Origin: Hydrolagus affinis | Taxonomy: Eukaryota | NCBI GenBank assembly: GCA_012026655.1 | Contig: JAAILG010001356.1 | Coordinates: forward strand, 1-64,000 | Reading direction: 5' to 3' | DNA length: 64,000 bases | Shown: piece after piece, positions 12,514-25,860 of the stretch | Layout: every line of letters begins with the position of its first letter | Position numbering within the stretch: the stretch's first letter is position 1 | Program-made: the position numbers and the translations under genes | Notes under the pieces: model-generated | Seen by the model: only the letters and a program-made list of their open reading frames with translations | Database searches by the model: none | What the model was told of the DNA's origin: nothing

Positions 12514-13059
12514 GTACTGCTCAGTTTGTTACTTAACAGTTTTACCAATGTAATCCCATCACAGCGCAGCACCTACCATCATTTAGGGCTTTTGAGCCAC
12601 AGTGTAACATAGTCATTTAAGCAGCATTAGGCTTGCTCTGTAATTTTAAAATCGGCAGCAAATACTTCTTCAGTCATTTCAGAAAGAAGATATTGGGAAT
12701 GATTTTTCTCCGGTTAGTAGATTTACCGACCAGCACAGAATGTTCATCCACCAAGATGATAAATCTACTAACGGGTGGAGAATTACTTCCACTCCACAGA
12801 TTTTCCTTTCCCAGTATCAATACTGTATTTTTCATTGTATTATTCAAGACCATCACACTGTCAGGAAATCTGTCAATTGTTAGGAAACAACAAACTCAAT
12901 TATAATTTTAACATATTTAGTTTCATTCAGACAGCTTGTTTGGTCAGTGAAAGTAATATTCATAGGCACCGAATACATTATATTCTACTCAAGAGATTTT
13001 GTAATTTACAGTTTACATTAAAGTGCAATTAATTCCTTTAAAATTTTATTTTAATGTGG

Positions 13060-13548
13060 ATCATCCAGAACTCTGCAGCCAGTGTCCTCTCCCGCACTAG
13101 GTTCCATAAACCTATCACCCCCATCCTCGCCCGACTCTACTGGCTTCCCATCACGCAGAAAATGTAGTGCAAGATTCTGGTCGTCACCTTCAAAGCCCTC
13201 CTTTGCTGCCTCTAGCTCTGCAACCTGCTCACCCCATACAAACATGTCGGTTTCCTCCGCTCAGCAGGCTACAGCCTGCTTCACGTCCCTTGGCTTGCCC
13301 GCCCACCATTGGCGGCAGGCCTTCAGGCCCTCTGCCCCCACCCTCTGGAACTTCATCCCCCAAACACTCTGCCTGACCCTGGCCCTTGCCTCCTTCAAAA
13401 TACACCTCAATACCCTCCCTCTTCTGCCCTCCACCCTCCCGAATTCCGAACCCCAGCTCGGGTCCGAAATGGTGACTGTCCAGTGCCTTGGGAAGTCCTC
13501 CCGATGTGAATGGCACATTATACAAGTATAATTTTGTTATTGTTGTTA
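13060..13548 (+). mobile_element. L2-like LINE 3' fragment
   Basis: Paralogous to 3935-4450 (atccagaactctgcagcc..ttcaaagccctc..gatgtgaa..ttttgttattgttgtt). Confidence 0.85.
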
Positions 13549-13584
13549 TAAGTGTCTCAACAATACTTTATTTTATTTAACCAG

Positions 13585-13726
13585 AATACAACTGCAGTAC
13601 TCTATGAAGCATATCTCACAGAATTTTGGTTGCCTGGTGAATATTACATCAGTGTGTCAGCATTCACAAAGGTGGGAAATGGAAATCAATTCAGCAATAT
13701 TGTCATTTTCCAAACAAATAATTCAG
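13585..13726 (+). CDS. PTPRQ: PTPRQ exon, FN3 C-half (NTTAVLYEA...SVSAFTKVGNGNQFSNIVIFQTNNS)
   Basis: accag/gtttgt, 142 nt. Confidence 0.92.
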
Positions 13727-14872
13727 GTTTGTTGAACTCTGCATGATTCTTGTTTATAAAAACACTACTTTTATACCAGTTATTGAAATCCATGAGACTT
13801 GACATTAGAATTATAGCAATATTTAAAAATTTAATTCTTCAACCTTGCTCCTGCATTCTTGTGATTTTGCGGACACATTTTAATGGAAACAATTAATCCA
13901 CAGTTGGCTATGTTCAGGCTCTTTTCTTCAATGGAAATTAAAATGTTCAGAACATGGATAAGGTGGTGCTTTCTCAATTAAGATCCCCCCTTTGAAATAC
14001 CCGTCAAATGACACCTCAAAGTTTTCCTTTTTGGTGGGTGGGGGCGGGGGTCAGCTGGTGTCTGAGACATGAGCAAACCTATCACCATGCGTAAGAATAC
14101 CCAAACCACAATGAGAGTTCCACACATCTATGCCACCAACATATGGAGATTTCTGTGTGCCTGGAATGGAATGTGCACCCTCTTTCTGCAGCGATGGACC
14201 ATTAGCTTACCTAATTTTGGAGCATATTAGGCGCAGGTTGGCAAGAGCCAAGACTTAACAACAAGAACAACAACAACTTTTATTTATATAGAGCCTTCCA
14301 TGCTGAGCAGCATCTTAGAGACCTCAGAGTATGTGTTGGATTTATGGAGTTCAACTGGTTAAAATCGTACAGCTTGCTATTCAGAGCATCATCTAGCAAG
14401 CCTTCTGCTGCATGTCCAGTGAGGACCTGCCCACCCATTAAAGGGTTATGATAGGAATTAAGTGACTGATCTGCCCCTCCAATGCGCTAGGTTGGCTGGC
14501 CTATGATCAGCAGTGATCACCACCTGGCTCAGAAACCGGATTATCGAGGCCATTAGAAGGGATTGACTCAATTCTGACATTCTACTGCCAAGCATGTCAC
14601 CATGGAGACAGTTCAGAGGGATCCTCTTTATCTGCCTCCTCCCCTTCGACATACAAGGAGAAAATTAGACTTTGAATGAGGAAGTTGAAAGACTACACTC
14701 TCAAAGAGTAATGAGTTCTCACGTATATTATAAATACACTGTCGATTTGTTCTTGCAGTACATTTTCTTCAGTGTTAGAGAGATGTGACACCTTGCAATG
14801 TAGAAGGAAAACTGGGATTCTTATTGACACATCTGTTTACGAGTTTGTGATGCTTTGTTTCCACATGTGCAG

Positions 14873-15142
14873 TTCAAGAAACTGTTCGAAATCTTCACTG
14901 CTTTGCAGTAAATTGGAATTCAGTCATCATCCAGTGGGACCCGCCATTTCAACCAAATGGAAATATCACTCATTATATACTTACATTTGAAAATCATAAT
15001 GAAACAGTTGCTTCCAGTATACATGAACATATGTTTACAGACCTCCAAGCAAATACTTCCTATCAATTCAGAGTCGTAGCTGTAACCTCTGTCGGACAAG
15101 GAACAGGCACAAACTGCACTGTCAACACATTACCAGTAGCAG
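14873..15142 (+). CDS. PTPRQ: PTPRQ exon, whole FN3 repeat (VQETVRNLHCFAVNWNSVIIQWDPP...NCTVNTLPVA)
   Basis: tgcag/gtatg, 270 nt. Confidence 0.93.
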
Positions 15143-15479
15143 GTATGAATTTCAGAAGACTTCAATTGCAAGACTTTTGGCACGAAGCGCTACCATTTTT
15201 TAAATACTTTTGTTTGAAAACATGCTGCACAGATGGAACTCTCAGCTATTTGGTTTGATTTGAGGCATGTTGCTGGGTTTCCACTAGTGTCAGACACCCA
15301 ACTGAACAAGAAAGAAATTCCATTCTAATGTTACTTAATGGATTTTCCTGTCTATATTGATACCGTTGACAAGAAAATTACTGCTTGTGAGTGTGAATTA
15401 TAAAAGAGTGCAAAAAATACTTCTTAGTGAGTCCATAACAAGAGGACATAAATATAAGTGGTGGTAGACCTCATAGGAA

Positions 15480-15700
15480 ATTTAAGAGGAACAGGGAGTA
15501 AGGAGCATGTGGAACTCACTGGTGGAAGCAGTAGTTGAAGCAAAAAATCTAAATGTTTTTGGAGAAAACTGATGCATACATCAAGGGCATATAAGGGAAT
15601 AGGAATAGTAGGTTTGGGGAATTGTGCGAGTATAAACATTGGTGTGGACTGGTTGGGCTGAACGGCCTGTATCTCTGCCATATCACTCTTCATAACTCTA
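15480..15700 (+). mobile_element. Degraded CR1-like 3' end
   Basis: gtggaactcact..tggactggttgggctgaacggcctgtatct..ctctatga. Confidence 0.55.
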
Positions 15701-17180
15701 TGAAAAGTTATCTTTTCTTCTGCAAACCATATGGTTGATTGCTTCAATGGTTTGACAAATTTTCACAAAACCTAGGGTACAGGCACTAAACCAGGAACAT
15801 AAAGCTTCGAAGTTTCATTTGATCCAGTGCCAAAATATATCATACAGAAACTATCTGGGCTGATTTGTTGCATTCCTTCTCACTGTATTCCCTCCAGTGT
15901 CAAGTGAGCATTGCAAACTAATGTCGTATATGCATGTCGATTTTTTTCTCAGAATTATCCTTATAGCAATTAATTGATTTAAGATGTGGCTTCGTATGAG
16001 AACCAAGTATAATAGATTTTTTTTGATGATCTGTTTGTGAGGATGGACGAGGCTGATCGATTTGGTACAGGAAAGGTAATATGGAATTTCTGAGCCTGAA
16101 CTGAAGGCGAAGGCTAAATTAGTCATAGTTATGTCGCCAGCTCTGAGTCACCCTGAATTAATTTTTGTTGGAAATAAAAATAAGATTCGCTTCACTTTTG
16201 AAGGCTACCAGATGTTTTCTTTCATGAGTAAAAATGTTAAGGGCTAACCATCCCCCACCAACCACGCATATCCATATATATATTTCTCCTGTTTCATTTC
16301 TTTTTACTGTATTTTCCCTATTTAAATGTTTTCCTTTAGCATCTGTTTCTTTTTTTTACTTTGTTTTTGTCTTTTTTTGCATGATAAGAATAAATTTTAC
16401 TACCAAATACAAAGTGATCACATGTATAGCCATGTTAATGGCCAACTTGTGTTTTTAATTTAATATCAATTGCTGATGATATGATTTTTATATTATGTCA
16501 GAGACAGGGCTTTGCAAGGCTTAAACAAGTGAAGTTGCCAGTACAAAATGATTTAGACTGATGCATTGAGTTATCGTGGCTCACTAAGGGTTAAGTTGAC
16601 AGAAAACTTGAATCAGAATTTTTATGGCATGAGAAAATGGGAGACTATTGAAACAGAATATTCTGCTCTGTTCAACAAGTGAATTGAATGTTTTGATGTT
16701 GACTTTTTGGAAATGAAATGCCATTTCTATGTCTATCATGGAAAATTTGTTACCTTTGGTGAATGGAGCAGAAAAAGCCCCAGTGGGTTAGACTTCCACC
16801 TGATGCCACATTTAGCTTCTAACACTTTGGCTGTTAGTCTGGCCTTCAGTAATAGCATTGTAATGTAATTCCTTTAGCAACGTGAAGAATCATCTCAGAT
16901 GATGGTGTTTGCTTTGTTCCTTTCTTTTTGCAAGGTAAAGCGTGTTTCCATTGTATTTTTTTGGGTGGCTGAAAGACCAAGGAATGTGCCAAGTCCAGAA
17001 AGCTGCAAATGCAACTTTTAAACAACTTCTCATGGATAAATTTAGGTTGATATTTTAGGAACATCTTTCCAACATGAAGGGTGCTATACAATTGTAATTT
17101 GTTGTTGTTGTTATGAAATCCGTTCCAGAGTGTAAACAAGACGAACAAATCAGGACATTGCTGAACGACTTCTAAATGAA

Positions 17181-17503
17181 ATAACAATAATAATAATGAT
17201 CCTTGCATTTGATATAGTGCTTTTCACATCTTCTGGTCATCTCAAAGTGTTTCACAGAATTTATTGAAAGTGAATTGACCGTATGACTATGGGCAAAACA
17301 CAGCAGCCAATTGCGCACAGCTGCGTCCCACACACAGTCACAATCGTGGATAGAAATGACCAATTTACTATTGCTTTTTTTGAGGGATTATTATTAGGCT
17401 TGTGGAGTAAGGAAACTTGCCCAAGGTTTAGCCCTGCCTGGAATTGAATCCAGGTCTCCTGCTTGTAAGGCGAGTGCTCTAACCACTGAGCTACAGGACT
17501 CCA
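17181..17503 (-). mobile_element. Full-length tRNA-derived SINE
   Basis: Reverse complement of ggagtcctgtagctcagtggttagagcactcgcc (A box) ... ggattcaattcc (B box) ... tail. Confidence 0.9.
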
Positions 17504-17704
17504 TGAGGTATGAATGTTTCATATCTTTACATTCTAAGTGCAACATAATAATAATTTTTGATTAATAATTTGATACAGAGCCTTATCATGTTGACGTTGT
17601 TAAAGAGCTTCAAAGGATTTTCTGTGGACTGTAGCTGAACATAGCAGCCAATTTGCATACAGCCATGAAGTGAATGACCAATTTTGTGGTAATTATGATA
17701 ATAC

Positions 17705-18395
17705 AGTCATAATAATTTCATTTGAAATAGTGCCTCATCACTTTGCGAAACAACTCAAAGCCCTTCACAAGGCATACTGTGAAGTGGTTTTCATTGTATT
17801 ATGTGGGTGGAACACACCAGTGTCCCACAAACAGCCATGGGCTGAATGACCAATTTTTATTTGTGGGATTGTTAACCAGGACCCCGAGGGAAACTCTTTT
17901 CTTTTCAATTAGTGCCATGGGATCTTTAGCATCCACCTGAACAGGCAGACAGCACCTCGGTTTAATGTCTCATCCAAATGATGGCACCTCCGACAATGCA
18001 ACACCCCTCCCACTCCACCCAGCATTTCATTTGAGCGTCATCTTAGATTATATGATTCTAAATCCAGATGTGGGGCTTTTTAGCCTTCTGATCCAAAGGC
18101 GAGAGAAAACGCTACCACTGAGCTGAGATACAATGAGGTGATCATTGGCTAGGACACTGGAAGAAACTCTCCTCTCTTTTCAAATAATGTTGTGGGATCT
18201 TTAATGTTCACCTGAACAGGCAGGCAGGACTTCCATTTAATGTCTCATCCAAATGACATTGTCTCCATCAATGCATCACTCCCACAGACTGCATCAACCT
18301 AAACTGTGAGCTCAAAGTCCTGACATGGGACTTGAACCCACAACCTTCCAAATCAAGAGGCAAGAATGCTACCATGTGAACTAGGCTGACACCTA
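17705..18395 (-). mobile_element. Two older Deu-like SINE copies in tandem
   Basis: ccatgggatcttta..ccacctgaacaggcagac..tttaatgtctcatcc occurs twice, with tRNA-like ends near 18125 and 18390. Confidence 0.7.
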
Positions 18396-18916
18396 ACATA
18401 ACATTGCCATGTAAGCTACAATCCTGATGCTAGCTGTTGGTGTCCTGCAGCAATGAAATGTTATGCCCTCAGATATAGTTTTCCAGTAGCACTTGAAATT
18501 ACTGAAATGTCCAGATATTTGCCAAAGACAATATGTTGTCTGGATACATCAATGTGGGTTCTTATTATTCATATGTTAAATGTAGTAAATTCACTCAAGT
18601 GGCCTAAGTACTGATCTGATCTGTTTGCTAAGATTAGAGATTTTAAACCATGAATTGGATTACATTTATAAAGTTGAAATTAAATCCTATATATAAATGG
18701 TTATTTTTGTAAATAAATTCAACTAGCTGCTTTGAGTACATGGAGCAGGATAACCTGCTTTATTTTGATCTTATCTGTGAACTATTGAAATCTTATGGTA
18801 ATAAATCAACGCACTATAGATGATATATAAATCTCTGTCAATTTTACTGTTAGAGCCCGAACAATTGTTATTATATTATAGCATATAAGAGAAAGGGACT
18901 GTGAGAGAGTGATTGA

Positions 18917-18917
<1 letters not shown>

Positions 18918-18960
<43 letters not shown>

Positions 18961-18967
18961 CAGAGAG
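18918..18967 (+). repeat. (TG)n(AG)n compound microsatellite
   Basis: Read directly. Confidence 0.95.
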
Positions 18968-20703
18968 TTTGAAATGATTCCCAGTAGAATTAGCAATTCT
19001 TGTAAATACGCATATGCAATCCTGGAATTTCAGCAAATATCTATAAACTGGTTAAAAGTCTCACCTTTAGCAGACCTGATTTATTTTATGTTGTTTCTGA
19101 GAAGAGTTCATGACACAGTTCCAGACTTACTGCCTGCAAAGTTAAGTGGACGTGACACTACTTTGGTGTTCTATGTAAGCAGCTTTGCAGACCACATCTG
19201 AGTAGTAAATAATCTGAAGAGGCAGGTGAGCATAACAGCTTCTCCTTATGTTTCTGAGCAAGTAGGGTTTCTGCTGTGGCTCAGCCACATGATTTTATCT
19301 GTCACTTAAACCGCCAAAGTGTATATTTCGGCATCATTGAAGATGCAAAAGGCAAATTGATGCATGAATTGACCGATGCTATCGGCACATTTTCTCCACT
19401 CCTTAATTTACAACAGGGATTTTTAAAAAATGTATCAATGATGTTGAGTTGATTGGTACCAATTGATGCCATATGTGGATTGGCAGGATAAAAATTGGAA
19501 TCTATGAATTATCCCTCAAGGAGAAAAATATAATAACCGTTTTTTCAAACCTGTACTACGTTTGGTTTTGTTCGAATGAAAGGACTGAATGTTTTGTTTC
19601 AACTTTTTAACCCCAATTCTCAGTCAAATAGCTGAACCTCAGACATCATCATCATTCAATTCTACAGAATAAAATTTGAGCTCCATTTCCAAGCAGAGGC
19701 AATTGTTTGATGTCCATCTGTAAAGAGACTCATACCCCTTCATTCCCATCTAGGACTCTAAAGGCAAAACCCTCTCACCAGACCTTTTGTCAACTTAAAA
19801 CAAATCACCTTAAAAATATGTCACCACATCAAAATAATATTACAAGGCTTACATGGCAGATAAAAACTAAATGTAGCATGTAAAAATATCTTCAACCCAG
19901 AAATCTGTAGAATTCATTGACAATCACGTGGGATGTAAGAAAAAGACAAAGCCTTTCACCATTAAGCACTCTGGGACACTGCCCTGGGTGAGGGGCGTTA
20001 AATAAATGCAAGTTGATGTTGTTATTGTGATGCAGTGTCTGAGACATTTCTGTGAGCTGCATGAATTCTCAGCTGTGATTGCATTACCAGCTCGCATCTC
20101 TGTAAAATCAGGAGAAAACAGTTGTGTTTATAAACCCATTCACATACCTCTGCTCTCCAGCCTCTTACTGTTACTGTGATACATGTCTAAAGTTAGAAAA
20201 AAGCTGACTAGATAATAAGTTTTTTGAACCATTAGAAATGTAATGACAGTTAGCAGCAGACTTTTTAAACATTATTTTTAAGTTTATAATAAAAAAACTA
20301 TACATTTTAATATAATACTTTAGATTGGGGTGGCTGTATACTGTAATTTGTTGATTAAGACTGCAGTTGAAGTGTTGCACACCGTTGCCGACGTAAGGCC
20401 CTCTTCAAAATGGTCTTGCCACCAATGGCAAGTTGCTTAATCATCAGAAATCAGCAGTGTTATGATGAATATTGCCTGTTGGTACAATGCCAACCAACAA
20501 GTATGCATTTATGACTGATGCATGATTACATTATCCAGCTCTCACTTTCAAGACTTGGCAGCTCAGATCTCTCACTCATGACCTCTGACGCATCAGATGC
20601 CCTTTGATTCAGTTACAGGTCATTGTCACATAAGCCAGCACCATCACCATCACTCCTTTTGCCATTTTGACATTCTTGTCCCATTCAACTAGAGATGATT
20701 TAG

Positions 20704-21013
20704 TGCAGTCCTGTAGCTCAGTGGTTAGAGCACTCGCCTTGCGAGTGAGTCACTGGGGTTCACTTCCCGGCAGGGTGAAACCTTGCACAAGTTTCCTTAC
20801 TCCACACGCCTGATAAAAATCCCTCACCTCAAAACATAATAAATTTGTCACTTCAATCCACGACTGTTTGTGGGACACCGCTGTGCGCAATTGGCTGCCG
20901 TGTTTCGCCCACAAATATAGTCAATTCACTTTACAGTTTATTCTGTGAAGCATTTTGAGGCATCTAGAAGACTTGAAAAGCTGTATATCTAAAATACAAG
21001 GATTATTATTATT
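20704..21013 (+). mobile_element. Full-length tRNA-derived SINE
   Basis: gtcctgtagctcagtggttagagcactcgcc head, body, aaggattattatt tail. Confidence 0.9.
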
Positions 21014-21269
21014 AGTTATTATCCTCGATTACTGAGTAACCTCCCCCTGACCTGAAAGGCACTCTACAAATTTAATTTTATTGTTGTTGTTGTAACCCTT
21101 AGTCAATCTATGGACAAATGTTCATGACTTGCCATTTGCATAGTTTAAGATGTGATGAGTTTATAAAAGTCAGATATCGCAATTATTTCAAAGAAACAAA
21201 TGTTAAACCTGCTTTAAGTTTAGTATGAGGGAGGATCTTATGTGGAGTGGAATTATGTAGCTTTTGTGG

Positions 21270-21580
21270 ATTCCTGTAGCTTAAAGTTTCCTTACTCTGC
21301 ATGCCTCTCTTTACTGAGCAGTGAGTAGGAACCTGGTTAGTTGATTGGCAGATTGCTTTTTTCAGGGCAATAATCCCATCAATAAAATACCGTAATAAGA
21401 AATAAAAAGATTCAGTTGCTCAATCCACGACTCTTTGTGGGAACACTGCTGTACGCAAATGGCTGCCATGTTTCGCCAATAAAATATGCAGTTAATTCAC
21501 TTGATGGTGTATTCTGTGTTTCGCTTTGAGACATCTCAAAGATATGGTATGATGCTATATCAAATTCAAGGATTATTATC
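21270..21580 (+). mobile_element. SINE, long variant, degraded
   Basis: Contains the extra gcagtgagtaggaacctggttagttgattgg segment shared with the 27058 copy. Confidence 0.7.
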
Positions 21581-21700
21581 ATAGAAACATTTTGGCATAT
21601 GCTTGGTTTGATTTTTCAAAGGAAGTTCAAGTTGAATGTTACTGGTTTTACACAGGCTGTTAAAATGCAAACAATCATTAATATAATTGTACTCTTTCAG

Positions 21701-22039
21701 TTTCCAATGCTCCTGTGCAACTAGAGGTAACCAACATCCAGTCAACATTGGTCACTTTGAGGTGGAAACACCCTGCGATTGTCACTGGATATTTAATGTT
21801 CTTCAGGATCATTATACAGCTACGCTCTGCCTCATGTACTGACTGGGAAACGTTGGGATGTGTTGAAATTGAGGAAGTTAAAGACGATGAAAACGGTGAA
21901 GAGAATGATGATGACACCATAGAGACAACTGTATCGGAGCTAAAGAAATTCCGATGGTACAGGTTTAGAGTTGCTGCTCGTACAAATGCTGACTATGGCA
22001 ACTATTCAGCTTGGGTTTCTGCAAAGACAGCAGCTGGCT
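21701..22039 (+). CDS. PTPRQ: PTPRQ exon, FN3 repeat with Cys-bounded loop (VSNAPVQL...LKKFRWYRFRVAARTNADYGNYSAWVSAKTAAG)
   Basis: tttcag/gtaag, 339 nt; ORF 21715..22059. Confidence 0.94.
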
Positions 22040-23999
22040 GTAAGTATGGATTGAATTGATTCTGTAACTGCAGTAAGTGCTTATTACAGTACTAGTATTT
22101 TACTCACTTGGTACTAATAATAATCCTTGCATTTGATATAGCACCTTATCATGTCGCCAAAACGTATCCAAGTGCTTCACAGGTTTTTACTGTGAAGTTC
22201 AGTGACTGCATATTTTGTTGCAAATGTGGCTACCAATTTGCACACTACAAATGTCTCACAAACAGCCAAGTAAATGACCAATTCTACATGGTGGATTGTT
22301 ATCCAACATACCGGGAAAAAGTAATAACATCAAATATTATTGAATTTCTCATCAAACAAATACTGTACAGTACTTTGAAAGCTCAGATTGCTTACCTACA
22401 CTGATCAATATTGATAGGATATTTCAAGTGTATATTTCTGGCATCAATTGCTTTACTTTCTAACAGGGCAGTAAAAGGATCTTGATCTAGAGCCACTGAA
22501 CCTCTTCAGCACTATATGAATTGAAGGGAAAATCAACATTTTCTATCATCATTTAAGATGTTTAAAAATTACAATAAAAATAATTGAAAGATTGCGTATT
22601 AGAAAGATGATTCATTTAAAGTAATTTTTTAAAAGTAATTTTGATGTATCTAGTTATTGTGTTTACAGCAGAGTAAAATAGGATTAAATATTAAAAGTAC
22701 TCCCTGGATACTAAAGATAAAGCCAAACAAGAAGATTGATTTATTCAATGGCAATCTCATTACCTGCACTGTTGCTTTGCACAGTATCATGTGAATAATA
22801 AAAACCTGCTATAATTGAGAATGATTAGTATTAGATTTAACTGTAGCAACACAAAATGAGCATACATAATAATTAAAAGTATCTATCCAGCCCTGTTGAA
22901 AGATGTAATATACAAGTACATGCATTACTAAAAGGATTCACACCTCAGTACACATATTTCTGTACAGTGGTTATCAGCTCAGATGGTAGACGTGACATGC
23001 TTGTTAATGGGCTGACCTGAACTATTCTGAGGATGAGCCACTGAGTGATGTGATATCCAGATTTACCTTCTTACAAACCTTCCTAACCACAGCTTCAGCA
23101 GTCTGACATAGAGGGAGCAGAAAAGCAAGTCCTGACCTCTGTTAGGGCCCAAATTCCTATGCTGCGATAGAAGCATGTTAATCGGAAAATTATGGTTATT
23201 AGTTACAGAAAATGCATTATTGTGGAAAGGAGAGAAACAGTGTTCCAAAGAGGAAGTGCAAAGATTATCTAGGAAGGAAAGAATGAAGACAGAGGATTCT
23301 TACAGAGCAAATTGCTATGATTTATAAGCAGGAGATCGAGCAATATCCCTCACCAGTACCTACTGGATGTGATTTAAAACTATCTTAAATCAGTCTGTGA
23401 CAGTTACTTCTGTGCCAAGAAAAGTTCATGGAAATCCTTGTGAAAGGCATTAGATCAGTTAAATTTATAGTAGCCCAGTTTTTTTTAAAATAATTGTTTT
23501 TTTTATACACATATTTTGTTAATTATTGGTTAAAAATATCTTGTTGAGGTTTCTCAAAGCACTTCACAAGATTTACTGTAAAATGTAGGGACTGTGTATT
23601 CGTAGGCAAATGCAGCAACCGGTCTGCACGCAGCCATGATGTGGGTGACCATGGTAAAGATCCCCAAACAGTTTAGCTATCATGCAGTAATTACTAAAAA
23701 TAACTATCTTTTTCCATTGTAAATACGTAACAAAAGAACTCTGTTGTTAGCAACCATAGCTTGATAAACCTTCGTGTCAAGTGTCAAGTCTGATATGGAG
23801 AAGTCACAATCCAGTCTCTCAAAACAATCCAATAATGTTTCTCAATATTTAAACAGTATCCCTTACCTCTTCCATCTCCTTCTGCTTGTTTTGAGTTAAC
23901 ATACTATTTTCATTTCCTTCAATATCATAAAAAGTATATTTTTCTGTAAAGGAAAATCCACAGAATGTTTAGCTGTATAATTTGCTTTATTTATAATTT

Positions 24000-24200
24000 A
24001 TGCCTGATAATAATCCCTCCACAAAAGAAAATTTGATGACTCAATTCACGACTGTTTGTGGGACACTGCTATGCACAAATGGCTGCTGTGTTTCGCCCAC
24101 ACATATACAGTCAATTCACTTTACATTATATTCTGTGAAGTGCTTTGAGACGTCTAGAAGATGTGAAAAGTGCTATATCAAAAGTACAAAGATTATTATT
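24000..24200 (+). mobile_element. SINE 3' half
   Basis: atgcctgataataatccctc..gtgggacactgct..aagattattatt. Confidence 0.8.
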
Positions 24201-24900
24201 TCCTTTGCTTGCTTACAAAAGTACATTGCTGCTAAGCTTTACAAGTGAACCATGTCAAGTATTTGAAGCATCCTCCCAAGAAGAAAGTGATTTATATCCA
24301 ATGCATGGATCATCATTATTACATTTTTTATAGCTTTGTGTTTATCATAGACTTTACTGAAACAGAACTTTACATATATTTGGCTCTTTGCAGTTAGCAC
24401 TTACAAAAAAAGATGTTGTATTCAAAGGAATGATTCAACCAAAGTCTCAACTTGTGAAGGACAGTGACAGGTATAAGTGTCTAAATGCAGCTGCATGATC
24501 CAGACTGGTGAAATAGAATCTTAATGGAGATGGTTACATTGAGATAGTATAACAGTGCACCAAGACAGTGTTGGTAACTTGGACTATATATAGTAATTTT
24601 AATTATAATAATCCTAACATTTGGTATTGGGTTTTCCATGTCAGGAGAACATCCCAAAGCACTTCACAGGATGTACTGCAAAGTGCAATGACTGTGAGTT
24701 TTATAGGACAACAGAGCAGCCTATTTGCACACAGCAGTGGTCCACTAACAGCCATGAAGTGGATTTTAATATTACAGTATGCCAACATTTTCAGCAGAAT
24801 CTGCAAAGTCGATACCAATTATTTATTTGCTTGGATGTATGTAATCTAATGCTGAATGACATATTTACCTATTGTTTGACAAGCAATTTGTATTCTCTAG

Positions 24901-25022
24901 ATCCAGATGGCCCCCCTGAAAATATAATGGTTACAGCCATATCTAATGACACCATTGTAATTACCTGGGAGCAGCCTGCAATAATAACAGGTCCAACCTC
25001 CTATCTTATAGAAGTCATAATG
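24901..25022 (+). CDS. PTPRQ: PTPRQ exon, FN3 N-half ([16 protein letters not shown]...[13 protein letters not shown])
   Basis: ctctag/gtaag, 122 nt. Confidence 0.93.
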
Positions 25023-25434
25023 GTAAGACCATCACTTTACATCCCACAATAATAAAACACGCATTTTAAGCTTTGTATTTTGTGTATTCAAATGTTGTTT
25101 TCAGAGCAGTTGACCAGCAAGTTAATGAAGTAGACAAACAGGCATCATTAGGCTCACATGCAATGGTTTCCAATTTGTGGGTAATTTCTGAATTTTACTC
25201 TTGTAGCTATGAATATTTCTACCCTGGTGATCCCACTTATATCTCCCATTAGCATCCATTGATGGATACTCATGTGGAGAAGGATGAGGGAATTGGAGTA
25301 GAGTGGGTAGTCTCAAGGAGGAGAGCTATCCTAGCACAGGCATCAAGTTTAATTTATTTTTCCTTCTCCTCTCATTAGACACTAACCCCGAGCTGTAAGT
25401 ACAGGCATGTGACTGACCCTGAGGTATTTGCTTA

Positions 25435-25860
25435 TTGCAAACCATCCTTGCCTGGCTTCACTGGCTCCTCATCCCACAGAAGATCAAGTTCAAGATGCTC
25501 ACCTTTAAAGCCCTCCATGGTCTTCCTCCTCCCTACCTCTGTTAAACTACACCAACGTCTCCACTCGCTCCGCTCGGTTGAGGCACTGCCTTATTCCATG
25601 TGCCCTGCCCGCTGCACCATTGGAGGTTGCACCTTCAGCCTCTCTGCACCCCCTTCCCACCCCCCTGCCCTCTAGAATTCTATCCCAAAGCCCCTATAAC
25701 TTGCCTCAGTTAATGCCTATCTCAAGACTTTATTCTTCGACTGTGCCTTCGTTCATCTTCCGATTTCTACCCTTCTTAATTCCAGCCCCAGCTCAAGTGC
25801 AAACCCTTCATTACCCAGCGACATGAAAGGTGCTAAATATAAATGTAATTTGTTGTTGTT
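25435..25860 (+). mobile_element. L2-like LINE 3' fragment
   Basis: cactggctcctcatcccacagaagatcaagttcaag..tttaaagccctc (HWL..KIKFK..FKAL) and ttgttgttgtt tail. Confidence 0.78.

Noticed and set aside
19320-19500. Recurring ATTGATGC/GCATC motifs suggesting a DNA transposon relic
   Set aside because: No clear TIRs or TSD could be delimited
20704-20780. tRNA-like sequences with A and B boxes (also at 17430, 37133, 51904 and others)
   Set aside because: Each continues into the same repeat body and tail and has diverged stems; these are SINE heads rather than functional tRNA genes
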